Assembly (NCBI GenBank): GCA_000002445.1
Contig: CP000069.1
Coordinates: 1,554,916 to 1,618,915 of the forward strand
From: Trypanosoma brucei
Lineage: Eukaryota
Length of the DNA: 64,000 nt
Direction: 5' to 3'
The notes under the pieces were generated by a model. It was not told the origin of the DNA, did not search any database, and worked only from the letters and a program-made list of their open reading frames with translations. The position numbers and the translations under genes are program-made. Shown here in pieces: positions 1-11,458 of this stretch (within the stretch, counting starts at the first letter, position 1; every line of letters starts with the position of its first letter).

Positions 1-1769
1 ACTTAATCCTTGATTATTAGAGCCTTGGTTTCATGTGGGTGTGCTTTTAGTGCAGGTGCCGCAGTGAACGCTAGTCATTTCCAGTACATTTTGGTACCAG
101 CCGCAGTGAGTTTGTTGCTTGGTGCGTATAGTCATCTCACTTTTAGTGAATTAAGCAATAGTTTCACTAGCATTTTTGCTGTGGAAAGGCTAGCTTCCTC
201 TGTATCTTTGAATTTGAGCTGATTTTGAGTGTCTAGCATTCGCTGAAACCGACTCTGTTCACTTCACTTGTTAGGCACCTGGGCCGTTCACATTTGCACT
301 CAAGATAGTGTTTTTTTTCATCAGAGGACACTTGATTGCACATCTGTTCTTTGTCATCTCTAGTGGTTTAAATATTTTCCATGGAAAACTGAGGTGTCGC
401 TTTAAAGCTCAAACAATTTATGATATTTATACATTAGCCTTTATAGTCCACAGAAATGAGTCAATACCTTTCAGCTTAATTTCTCTCATGAAAAACAAGA
501 AATTGGCGGATTATGATGTCATGTTGTTTTGCTTGTTTCATTGTCAAACATTAGAGTTCTATCACCAGCTCTCTTTGTTCGCTTGAATTGAGTAGACAGA
601 TTTCTTTTTCTTCTAGGTTTGGGTAGGTTTTATTTCCATTTTTGTATATACAGAGTGGATCTCTGCCGTCCTTTTTGCGATCGACGCCGCTATTCCCCTC
701 CCGCATCTTGGTGCCAAGTTAGCCTTAAATATTCTTGAATGGTTTTTGTAAATTAGCTCAAGAAGTTAATCCTTGTGTGTTACACTGCTGAACCTCTACC
801 TGCAACTATTGTAATACGTCTACTCTCCGTCTGCGGTCTAATTGCTGCTGTAAGCTCCATTTCTTTTTAATCCTTTTTGATTTGCTTTAAACTTAAAGAT
901 ATGAAAAGTTTCAGTAAGTGGATGAAATTTTTTCTACAATGTTACTTCTAGTTGAATTTCTGCGTGCTAAGTTGGATAAGATAGTGCTCTCTTAGGTCAT
1001 CTTATCTCTAATATACCAAATATTTCATTAAACTCACTTCCCGGAAATTTTATGTGCCTGAATATAGACAGCGACAAAGTGCTTGGTTCTCTCTCTCATA
1101 ACTTTGCCGCACTGGCCGTAAGTAGGTGTCACTAAAACTTAATATCTGTAAGCTGCATTGTGATAGAACAATAGCTTTGTTACTATTTGTTTTCGGCTTT
1201 CATACATTTTACCCCTTCCTGTCATGTTTTCTAAACGTGTTGCTTCTTTGTGACCTTTGTGCAAGTTGGGGTTCAATTATCAGCTAGTCTGTTCTTGGTT
1301 TCTCCAGTGATTTTTGTAATAACAGTCAAAGATGACTTTTAGACGATTTATGTGTCTTCATTAGCTAAATTGTATGCTTTAAACTTTTCCGTTCCCATGA
1401 AAGTATTTTAAATAGAAACAACGCATTCTTAAAAGAAGTTTTGAGAGAATATTGGTGATTCTGTCTTTAGGTTGCTTATTACTTTCACTGGTTTTGTGTT
1501 GATTCCAGCGACTTCATGTGGCATATACACTAGGCTGTTTTCCATAATTTTTTATCCATCATCTCTCCGTGTATGATGATACTTATTGTCATGTTTGTAT
1601 TTAAAGTTCCGCATATTTTATCCCCTCCTCTGTCTTTCTTTGTCTCCTTAATAAATAATATTCCTCTTTCTAAAGAATCCTTTCACTCACTTATTCTTAT
1701 TTCGCCCTTACAGTTGATTTCACTTCTTCTATTTTGACATTCAATTTAGACTTTAAAAACACTCTTATT

Positions 1770-1880
1770 GTAATATTACTATATACACACTCACAACACT
1801 CTCCTATCATTATCATTTTTATTATCATCATTACTTTTCCTATAAAATCCTTATTATTATAGTCCTAACTAATATTCATC
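1770..1880 (-). repeat. VSG-associated 70-bp repeat unit, reverse orientation on + strand. It belongs to a cassette lying left of the window.
   Basis: The segment reads 'tatacacactcacaacactctcctatcattatcattttt...', which is the reverse complement of the GTGTTGTGAGTGTGT core plus TAA/TGA-rich tracts typical of T. brucei 70-bp repeats. The same module recurs upstream of every VSG in the window. Confidence 0.75.
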
Positions 1881-2102
1881 AACTAAAACAAATAAATCTA
1901 AATTAGAACATCACTAATTTTCCATATCCTTCCATTCTACTATTTTATATCCATAAATGGATACCTTACAAAAATATCAATTTTTCAAAGATTTCAAAAG
2001 TTCCATTAATTTGCACATTTTCATGGAAAAGTGTTAAAATATATAAAATATCTGAAAATACCATGTTTTATAAAATCTCATGAATTTTAAAACAACAAAC
2101 TC

Positions 2103-3647
2103 AAAAAAAAAAGCATTCATCAGAGTCAGTTTCTTATTTAAAATAATACTGGAATCCTTGCAAGTTTCACCTTCTCATTTGCCATTTGTGTGACCTTCAC
2201 ATTTTGCCTTATAAGTTCCGTGTCTTGCACAACCAGTTGTCGTTCTTCCTGCACCAGCCCGTGCTTGTGTTGCTATTTGCTCTGCTGCTCTTGTATTCAA
2301 TTTGCAGTGGGGACCATCGTCGTCATTTTCGCTTTTCCATTCGCAAGCCGGCTTGTTTTCTCTGCACTCACCTACTTTGGTTATTGCTTCGCATTCTTTG
2401 TTGGTTTCTTCTAATGTTTTCGTGGACTTCACAGTTTCAGTGCCGCGAGATTGTTTTATTTCCTTTGAAAGTTTTACTTGCGTGTTATGCAAGTGTAGTA
2501 AATTCGTTAGGGTTTTGTTTAAGCTGTTTATTCTCTCCATCAGTGACGCTTTGTGCCGTGCTGCGCCAGCTTCTGTGTCTAAGGCCGCCGCTGCTTGCTG
2601 AAGCGGTTCCAGCCAGGCTGGTCTGTTGCTGCTCGTCGCCGTTTTGCCATAGTTGACACATGCACCTTTGCCGGAGTTGTCATTGTTTCCGTCGCAGTTC
2701 CCGGCTGTTGCTGAGCCGTGTGTGTCTCCTAGGTATCCAATTTTTTGGTCAGTGCCGTGCGGAGCGTTTATGAGTTGCGCTACCTGCCTGATGGTCTGCC
2801 TGATGTCGCTCGCTGAAATTTGGGAGTTTGTTGGATCGAATTGCTTGCAGCCTGCTTTGAGCTTTTTCCAGGCCGCTGCGTGGTTGAAGTCGGCGCCGTT
2901 GTAAGTTACCGTTGCCGCCCCGTTTGCTAAGCAAGCCTTGTTGTCCGTCGCGCTGTTTGAACCGCAAATACAAATTAAATCTTCCGCTATCGATTTACCC
3001 GCCGCTTTCCCGGCCGTTTCTACTTTTCCGCAGGTGGTCTCTCGATCCGATGCTGCGTCAGTTAGGTGCACTGCATCGTCTGTTTCTGCGTTGCCCAGTG
3101 CCGCTGTCTTCAAGAGCTCTTTGCTCGACTTCCCTGCTGAAGTTTGAGGTTGATGTTTGTATCGCTCTATTGCGTTTTTTAACAGTTCCACTGTTCTGTT
3201 GATTTCTGGAAGCATGGTGCTCGGGGTTTCAGTGTTTCTTATTAGGTGGTCGCCAAGCGTATCCCCTCTGCTTTTCAAGTATTTTGCCGCGTCAACACAG
3301 TCGGTTGCTTTGTCCTTGCCGCAAAGTTCTTCCAGTTTTTCTTTTGGGTTCTTCAGCTCTGCTGCCTGGTCTGCCGCTGCCGCTAGCGAGTTTAGACTGT
3401 CTGTGTCGCGAAGGTAGAGCTGCAGGAGCTTGGCTGTTTTCGTCGTGTCTTCATCGATTACTCCTGTACTCGTTGCTTGTGGCGTGTTTTCTAGGGCGTT
3501 GACCACGACGCAGAGTGTGCCGTATAGGGCCGTATTTTCTCCTTTGCTCAGCTCTGTTGCTGCCACCGGCGACCACAGATTTGCTGACACGATTATTGCC
3601 GTTAACGCCATGATATCGAATGCTACCTTCAAAGTTTGTGGCTTCAT
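2103..3647 (-). pseudogene. VSG: Variant surface glycoprotein (VSG) gene. A 490-aa ORF at 2175-3647 is followed, after an in-frame TGA, by the GPI-signal coding block.
   Basis: The N-terminal signal peptide is MKPQTLKVAFDIMALTAIIVSANLW. The C-terminal region is Cys-rich. Translation reads '...KCEGHTNGK*EGETCKDSSIILNKKLTLMNAFFF', so the canonical GPI-signal tail is present but sits behind an in-frame stop. A 16-mer-like element lies at 2031-2046. Confidence 0.8.
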
Positions 3648-4100
3648 TTTCTTTCTCTTGTTTCTCTGTAATGCTTAGGGGCTGTTACTATAGTAAAATG
3701 TGAACAGTGTTGTTTGCAGATTGAGCACTTCTTTTTCTCCGTCTGCTGTACCGCAAATGAGTTGCTAGTTCCGTGGCCGGTCCTGCCTCGGCCAGGTGGA
3801 ACGATGCTGCCGTTTAGCGGAAGCTGCTAGGAACTAACGTTTATTTTTTTACCAAACCCGTTTGCTGCACTGATAAGATTAAAGAAGAGCCAATTTAACC
3901 ATATATTACGTTATCCACTAAAAACGTTTAGGGTATTTCCCCCAAATTTAGGTTTTTAATCCTTTTCGATATCAATTTAAAAAACGTATTTTTTGTTTCC
4001 ACAAATTTCCAAATGATGTTGTTTCTGTTGGATTTCATATAAATGGAGATAAATACCTGACACATTAGAATCTGTAAATTATGACTTTAAATAGCTGTAT

Positions 4101-4190
4101 TTTTCATATGTTCAACTTATGAAAAAGTTGATTAACTGTGGAAAACCATGATCACTATAACCTAAGGGTTTAACCAGAATTTTCGAAAAT
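4101..4190. other. Conserved upstream-region block ('TTTTCATATGTTCAAC..GTTGGTTTCA..CCATGG'), copy 1 of 5.
   Basis: Near-identical blocks occur at 23134-23215, 30231-30300, 50745-50820 and 61611-61680. Each lies 0.3-0.9 kb upstream of a minus-strand VSG start. Confidence 0.6.
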
Positions 4191-5314
4191 ATTGCACTTT
4201 TACTTCTTACTCTATATTGGTCTATATATACAGAATTTATTCGCCTTATTCACACTTTCAGTACTTTAGTCCTTGAAAATAACGAGCATATTTCTAGACC
4301 TGAAAATTTTAAGCTTATGTTTTTGAGTGCTTTTATTTTGTGATAATTCTCTAATATGTGCTGGCGAAATAACCAGTTAGCACCACTTTTCATCGTGGTG
4401 GCGGTTATGCTCCGATCTATTGTATTTAATCTGGCTGTTTGGGTTTTAGCTTCCTTGTACGCTGCTATTTTTAAATTACCCACATTAAATAAGGTTTACT
4501 CTGGGTCTTAATACTTAGCGCTGAATCACTAAACTTCGTTAATTTCTCATCTGCATACCATTGTTAAACTGATGCATTTGTGCTGTTAATTGTTGACTTC
4601 TTAAAGATGCTCCACATCTTTATCTGTGTGTTATTTCATGATGGCTACACATTATTTTTTTGCTTTTCACAGTAATCCATTAGTGGACGTAGATTTAAAA
4701 TAATTCTCACAATAATATGATATTGTTTCCCACAAATACTGTCCACTATCACTATTTCTCCTGAAAATGGCTTCGACATTACTTTACACTTACCCAATCT
4801 ATTCTTACTGTTGTTCTTTTGTTTGCTCTCGTTCACAGCTGAATATTTGGTTCCGCCATAAGATAAAATAGCACACTACTCATTATCTCTGCAATTTCTT
4901 CTATCTACTTTTAATTGAAATACTGTGCAGCATTTCTTTCTGTATCGTTTATTTATGTAATGACATTTACCTGTCGTTGTAACCTACATTTTTTCACTTT
5001 CGTTTTCTATCACTGCTTCCGTGTATCGTAGAAATTGTATTTTACCTGTGCATTGTAGTTTGTTTTTGACTAATTTCCAGCGAAATATTCTTCTTGTTCT
5101 TCTCTTTTAAGGTGGTTCCTGCAATAGTTTTCTTTTAAACAGTGCATATTGCATCTCCCGTTCTGTTTCTTTGCATTCTCTCACTATTACTTATGTATCT
5201 TTTTCATATTCGCTTCGCCAGTCATTCCCATACACTCACTGCCCCCTGAAGCTCTTTTCAGTCCCTTCGTCTGCCTTGTCCATTTGGTTATCGGTGTCGT
5301 TCTTATTATAACAT

Positions 5315-5450
5315 TCGTATACACACACTCACAACCCTCTCCTATCATTATTATTATTATCATTATTATTTTACTGCTTTTATTATAATATTAGTATATA
5401 CGCATTTATAACAATCTCCTTTCATTATCATAGCTTTTATTATGGCAACG
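5315..5450 (-). repeat. 70-bp repeat unit(s), ~1.7 kb upstream of the VSG at 2103-3647.
   Basis: The sequence reads 'cacacactcacaaccctctcctatcattattattattatcattatt...ataatattagtatatacgcattt'. Confidence 0.8.
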
Positions 5451-5639
5451 TTTCATAATATCTCTGATTTTTCGTACCCTATCTTAATGCTATGTTGCAC
5501 TCGTATACTAATGTCATACAAAATTTAACAAAGTTTACATATTTTCAAATTTTCATCTGAAAGTATTAAAATATATTAATCTTTAGAAAATTTCCATAAT
5601 TTGATAAAATTGAGTACCAATTCTTAGAATTCTATAATC

Positions 5640-7265
5640 GTAAAATGCTAATAGCCTCAAAAAAGCTGCAGCCATCAGAGTGAACTTCTTATTGACAAGA
5701 AAACTGTAATCTTTGCAAGTTTCACCCTCCTATTTTCAGCCATCTCCACATTCTTTCTCCGCTTTACCTTTGCATTTCTCTTCTTTCTTTTCTTCCGCCT
5801 TAGCTCCCTCTTTAACTTTGCACTTTCCATCTTTGTATTCGCATCCATCCTCATCTTTGCACTCCCCCTGTGGTTTGCCCTTGCATTTTCCTTCTGCTAT
5901 TTTGGTGGGACATGAGGAGCCTGCTTGCTTTTTCTCCTTTTCTTCCTGTTCCTCAACAAAGTGCCGAAAAGTGTAATAGGTTGCAGCATATGCGATTTTT
6001 TGTGGTGATGTTATTGTTTTTAGCTGTCTGTCGCCATTTCCTCCGACAGCGGCTTTAGGTTGTGTCAGGTTGTCAAGCGACTTTCCTACAGTGTTTGTAA
6101 TTTCGTCTCCATTTTCACCGATGACTTCCTTTAGTAAGTTATCTACTTTGGCTTTAGTCTCTTGGTTGCTGTACTTGGCCGTTTCACCTTCTATCGCTGT
6201 CGCTATTTTTTCCTTGAGAGTGCTACTTGTTATTACCGTTTTTAAGTCCAGGTTTATTTTTAGCTGGCTAAGCTCAGAGATTACCTTTTCTAGGGGTGGT
6301 ATGTTTTTTAGCTCTGCCGCAATGGTTTTGGCGCTCGGTATGGCCGTGCTCCCTGTGGATGCTGTATACTCTTCCTGGCTCCCGTATGTTTTGCGCGTTA
6401 GTGCAAGTGTTTCTTCAACGAATAGTTTGCCGCTCACTACCGCTAGTTTGGTGGTTTGGCCACTCGTGCAGGCGTTGCTGGCTGTGTGTTTGCCTGTGGC
6501 CGCCGCATGTGCGCACACCGTGAGTACTGAGTCAACTCCAGCGTTGGTTACAGTTGCCGTTTTTAAGCCGATTAATACGATTGAGTTCGTTCTTGTGCTG
6601 TCTGCCGTCGGTGGTGTTGCATCAATGTCTCTGGCGGTCGCATCCCGCGTGCAAGCCGCGTTTTCGTTGATTTTCGTCGTCGGCTGGATCTTCTGGTAGT
6701 TTCCGCCGGTGAAGTCGGTCGCTGCAGTTACATAGTCTGGTAACTCAATGGCGGCAGTCACGAGCTCCGCCACAGCTTCCATTTGCCCGCTAAGTTTGTA
6801 AGCTGCTCTCGACGCAGCGTAGATCGTCTGACGGTGCTTATTTACTTTATTTTGTAATTCAGCGACTGAGGTTATTAACCTCTTGGACAGAAGATCGGCG
6901 ACAAGCTTTGTGGCGCCTTGTGTTGCTTGAGTTACTATCTGTAGCTTAGCCGCTGTATCAGCTGCTGCAGCGCTCTGCTGTGCTTCTGTTGTTAATATGG
7001 CCAGAGTGTTGTCTGCCAATTCCTTTAGATAATCTGCCGTATGTCAGGGTTTTTTTGCTGCCGCCTTCAGTGGGTGCAGAGTAAGGGAGCAGACTGCATT
7101 TGTTGCTGCGAATAGAGCTAATAGAAGGTATACTCTTCCATGCGATAGCGGTAAAGGTACATGTGCCAACTTTACTGTTAAAGTCCGTCGGAAGTTCTGG
7201 CCGTTTCGGGTTTGCTGGTGCATCGCTACCTTCTTTTGTTTTTTGAGAGATTTATTGCTCTTCAA
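5640..7265 (-). pseudogene. VSG: VSG pseudogene. The signal-peptide ORF (7044-7265) is frameshifted relative to the main 427-aa ORF (5736-7019), and two in-frame stops precede the GPI-signal block.
   Basis: The N-terminal region reads '...VYLLLALFAATNAVCS'. The main ORF ends '...KCKGKAEKECGDG*K*EGETCKDYSFLVNKKFTLMAAAFLRLLAFY'. A 16-mer-like element lies at 5563-5579. Confidence 0.8.
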
Positions 7266-8282
7266 GGTGCGAAAAGTGGGAAATTGTACGCCATATGATT
7301 AAAAGTTGTTTTAAAGAAAAATAGGACTCAGTCAAGCCAAAATTGTCCACTTTAAAAAAACTTTTATAATTGTCCGTATATATATCAAACAGTTAAGATT
7401 TGTTTTTTTTGCTTCTAATGTACCACAATTCCTTTGTTCTGATGCACATTAAATGAAGATATAACGCCGGTGTTTTCGGCTCACACGTTGATCTTTTCAT
7501 TTTTCACAATAACATTGGCTTACTGTAGACCTCTTTTGTTTTTTCCTTGGAAATTAATATACTGGTTTCAAAGTTTTTCCTGAAGTTTCTTAATGCATTC
7601 CGTCACTGCCGCGTCAGTGCGTATTCTTCTGGGAATTAACTGTTTCCTGAAATCCCTTAATGTGTGGACCGTTTAGCAATACGAAATGGGAAGAGTATCA
7701 TTACAATTTTTTGTAGTTTATAGAATCCCTCTATCGCATCATATACGTTGAATTTCAAGCAGTTTCCACCTTTTGTTTTTTCGTTCGCTGTTAAAAGTAG
7801 TATATTATTGTTCCCGGTTTTAAATTCCTATCTACATAACATTATATTGTTGCCGAAAAATGTTACTCAATATTAATGTATTTGTTAAGAAGAGGCCTTT
7901 GACATTATATAAAATTACCCAGTATATCACCATCTTTTGCTCTTTACATCTAGACATTAGGATCGGTAATCAGAGTAAAAACAATAGTCACTACAATCTC
8001 TCGTGTAGTATTTATATTTTTTTAAATAAAAACAGTGCATCGTCGACAACTCCTCTTCCTTCTAAAATATTGTTTTCCCAAGTGTTGTAATGTCGCGTAT
8101 CGTCTTGTTTTTTTTCATATTTTCTTCTTTTTCAATTAGTTTTCTATCGATGCTTCTGCATTTAACGTAGCAACAGTATTTTTTTTATGAGAGACTCTTT
8201 GCCTCCGCAATTGTCCACTTAATCATATCCTTGTATGATAATATCCTTCATCCTATCTGTGTTTAAAAATGCATATATTCCA

Positions 8283-8330
8283 TCCCTCTCTCTCTCTCTT
8301 TCTCCCTCTTCATCTCTCTCTTTTTTTAAT
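8283..8330. repeat. CT-rich microsatellite (tctctctctctctttctccctcttcatctctctc).
   Basis: The tract is visible directly in the sequence. Confidence 0.9.
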
Positions 8331-8439
8331 AAAAATTTCCTATGCTCGTCGATTACCACTCCAATTTACTCACTTATTAGAATTGCACCCTTGTTATTAA
8401 TTAAGTATCTCTCTTCAGTGATTTCAGCGAGCTCACTAC

Positions 8440-8605
8440 GCATCTATTATAATATTAGTATATGCACACTCACAACATTCTCCTATCGATATGATGATCA
8501 TCATTATTATTTTTATTATTATTATTATCACTATTATTACTGCTATTATTATAATATTAGTATTTAAACATTCATAACGCTCACCTATTATTATTATTAT
8601 CACTT
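8440..8605 (-). repeat. 70-bp repeat units (about two), upstream of the VSG at 5640-7265.
   Basis: The sequence reads 'ataatattagtatatgcacactcacaacattctcctatcgatatgatgatcatcattattatttttattattattattatcactattattactgctattattataatattag'. Confidence 0.8.
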
Positions 8606-8807
8606 TCACAACAAAACAAATATACACAAGATAAACATAGTAAACAAAATAGATGATTTTCGTACCCTTTTACTACACTGCATTGCACCAGTAGGCAACT
8701 GTCAAACCTATATGTCATATTTTAAAAAATTTCAGATTGCGCAACGGCTTTACAAAAGTGTTGAAATATGTGATATTTCAGAAAATTGAAAAATTATCCT
8801 TATAATA

Positions 8808-10296
8808 TTAAAATGCTCCCAAACTCATAGGAGCAGCATCCATACTCAGAGCAAATTTTTTATTGACGAGAAAACTAGAGTATTTGCAAGTTTCGCCCTC
8901 CCATTTGCAACCATCTTTGCACTCCTCTTGATTTTTCTTTTCGGAGCATTTTTTGTCTTCGGTTTTTTGCTTGTCCTGCTTCCTTTGTCTCTGTAGTCCC
9001 TGATTTAGGTTTGCATTTTGTTTTCGTTTTGATCGTAAGTGCATGTGTCTCTGGGGCAGGTTCCGTTGTTGTCGTTATGTACACTACATAGTGCTTGTGT
9101 TTCTTCTGCTATTTTTTGTTATCGCCACTTGAAGTCACAGGTATTGCAGTTTCCTGTACGTGCTTCAATAATATTTCTCGTTTCGTGAGTGCTTTTACTT
9201 GCCTTTCGATGGTTTGTATCTCGCTCTTTTGCTTTGCTAGCGCCATTTTGTACTTTTGTCTCTGCTCTAGTTTTGTTGCTATCGCGGCAAGGTCCTGCAA
9301 CCATTTCACTTTGGCTTGCGGGTCCCCGCCGTTCTGTGCAGTGTTGGTAAGCTTTAGACATGCTGTATTGCTGTTGCCGTCGCAGTTGGTGTTCATGTGG
9401 CCGATGTAGGCATCGTTACCGATTGTTACGATCGCAGTTGCTGCTTCTGCCACAGCGGATCGTATTCTGGCCGCTGTCAAAGGCTGTGGGGTTACTTTTG
9501 GGAATGCAGCACGTATTGTAGTCCACTGTGACGCTTGGGGCAGTCCGCCCACTTCCCATTGTACGTTGCCGGTTCCGGAGTGAATACACGGTTCCTCGTT
9601 GCTCAGCGCCTGTGCGGTTCCGCACACACAAGCTACTGCGTGTGCTAGAGTTTTGCTTTCTTTCACTCTGCCGACGTTACCGCAGCTTGTTGCATAGTTG
9701 GCGGGCTGCTTGCCGGTCAGTGCCGTGTGCTCCAGATTCTTGCTAGCATCTTTACCTGCTCCGTAGATTGCTGAGTTTATGGCTGCAGTCAGCGCAGTGT
9801 GGTATGCTTCAGTCCGGTTTGCCCTATGAGACATGCAGTGCCTCCACCGCTGCATCTGCGTATGCTGCGACTTGTTGGCGTATTAATTCCTTTTGCACAG
9901 CTGTCGCTGTCTCTAGGTTGTACGCTTTTAGGATGGCTGTCTCCCCGTTTGGTTTGTTCATCTCGGCTTCGAGGCGGTCCAGCGTGGCCACATGTTTTTC
10001 CAGTCCTCAGGTGTGCCTGGCGGTGGTGCTGCTATGGGTTCGATTTTGTTTTGTCCTGAACGAGTAACAAATTTGTCTCTCCACTCTTTCGGCGCGAGCG
10101 ACATATTTAGTTTCAGCACCGTTGGCTCTCCATCGAAGCTGGTTTCTTCTTGTGGCTCGAATGTTATCGGGCTGTCGCCGAGCCTTAGTGCGTCGCACAA
10201 CTTAGTCATGACTTCGACATTGCCTCCTTTGGGCGCTGCTGCCGCCTGTTTGAAGAGTATTGCTACAACAGTCACGTAAAAAAGCTGTTTTGGCAT
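8808..10296 (-). pseudogene. VSG: VSG pseudogene broken into at least three frames. ORFs 9958-10296 and 9109-9855 are N-terminal-domain pieces and 8808-9044 is the C-terminus.
   Basis: The signal peptide is MPKQLFYVTVVAILFKQAAAAP. The C-terminus reads '...CKDGCKWEGETCKYSSFLVNKKFALSMDAAPMSLGAF'. The N-terminal domain is paralogous to those of the VSGs at 32658-34182 and 44688-46264. Confidence 0.8.
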
Positions 10297-11069
10297 TCTT
10301 CGGAGTACTAGTACAGCTCCTTTCTCTTCATGGAGAAAAAAAAGGTAGTTGTGCAGAGAAAAGTGTAGCTATATTTTAGTAGAAAGCTCCTCTTTTGCTT
10401 TCAGATGCGGAAATGGCTAAGGAATAATTTATTTTGTTACAGTCGCTGTCGTAAGCCCCCATTTCAATGTCCATTTCTTATCGAAATTACAACCAAAGTA
10501 GCTCCTACTACATAGTTTCCTTCTGTGATTTCTATTTGCCTTTTCGTTACATAATCCGTATTCATTGCATTAACATTTTTCTATAGAATTTAGCGCTGCA
10601 TATCATGATCCACCATCAGATTTAAAACCATATATTTCAGTATCTCAGCTGTTGCATCTTTTCTTCTCTTCGTGAAAAATGCTTGCTATTTCAGACTTTG
10701 TGTCGGATGCAAGCGTCTATGCAATTTCCCCTGTGACCGCCTTACACGTTCACTGCGTCCTTTTTTTAGTTGTAACGACTACACATGGCGACCACACCGC
10801 CCCTCCTCTATACCTCATTCTACCCTCTATCACCACCTCTTGTGCGATGATGCTCATTTTAATACTTATGTTTGAACATACGCATATTCTGTTGTCCTCC
10901 TTGTCCCACTCTCTTTCTCCTTTACTTTTCTCGCAAAAATATTTCTCTCGCTCATTACTCCTCTCAGTCACTTACTCACTTCATATCACTTTCTCCCTTG
11001 CTCCCATTTCACCATTTTCACTGTTTTCAGTGTTTCTTTTTTTCATCCATTTAGTTTGCACCACCAACC

Positions 11070-11140
11070 TTATTATAATATTAGTATAGACACTCAAAAC
11101 GCTGTTCTATTATTATCATTATCATTATAAAAGTAACTAA
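11070..11140 (-). repeat. 70-bp repeat unit, upstream of the VSG at 8808-10296.
   Basis: The sequence reads 'ttattataatattagtatagacactcaaaacgctgttctattattatcattatcattat'. Confidence 0.7.
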
Positions 11141-11298
11141 TACACATGAAATAAAAAATAAATTAGAATAGCACTCATTTTTCATACTCTATCACTCTGT
11201 TACTGAACACCTATATGCCAGTATCATGTACATTTTATAATTTTTTCAAATTTTTATGACTTTGGAATATTCAATAAATTGAAAAATTTTATCAAAAA

Positions 11299-11314
11299 GT
11301 GTTAAAATATATCA
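11299..11314 (-). other. Conserved VSG 3'-UTR 16-mer (TGATATATTTTAACAC on the gene strand), exact copy.
   Basis: The + strand reads GTGTTAAAATATATCA, ~150 bp downstream of the VSG stop. A second exact copy is at 31581-31596. Near-exact copies lie at 2031, 21184, 24568, 32614, 36054, 39416, 52453 and 55263. Confidence 0.85.
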
Positions 11315-11458
11315 AGTTTCAAGATATTCTTTCGAAATATTATATGCTCATCAAGTTTTATAATTTTCATAAATTTTATCAATAATTCGTAGATTTTATG
11401 ATACTAAAGTGCTACCAAACTCATAAAAGCAGTAGCAGCCGTAAGAGCCAGTTTTTAT

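Noticed and set aside
6070-6699. Large + strand ORFs, for example 6070-6699, 11526-12341, 36981-37499, 40325-40804 and 53474-53878.
   Set aside because: They lie antisense to minus-strand VSG coding sequence and their translations are low-complexity. They are spurious antisense frames.
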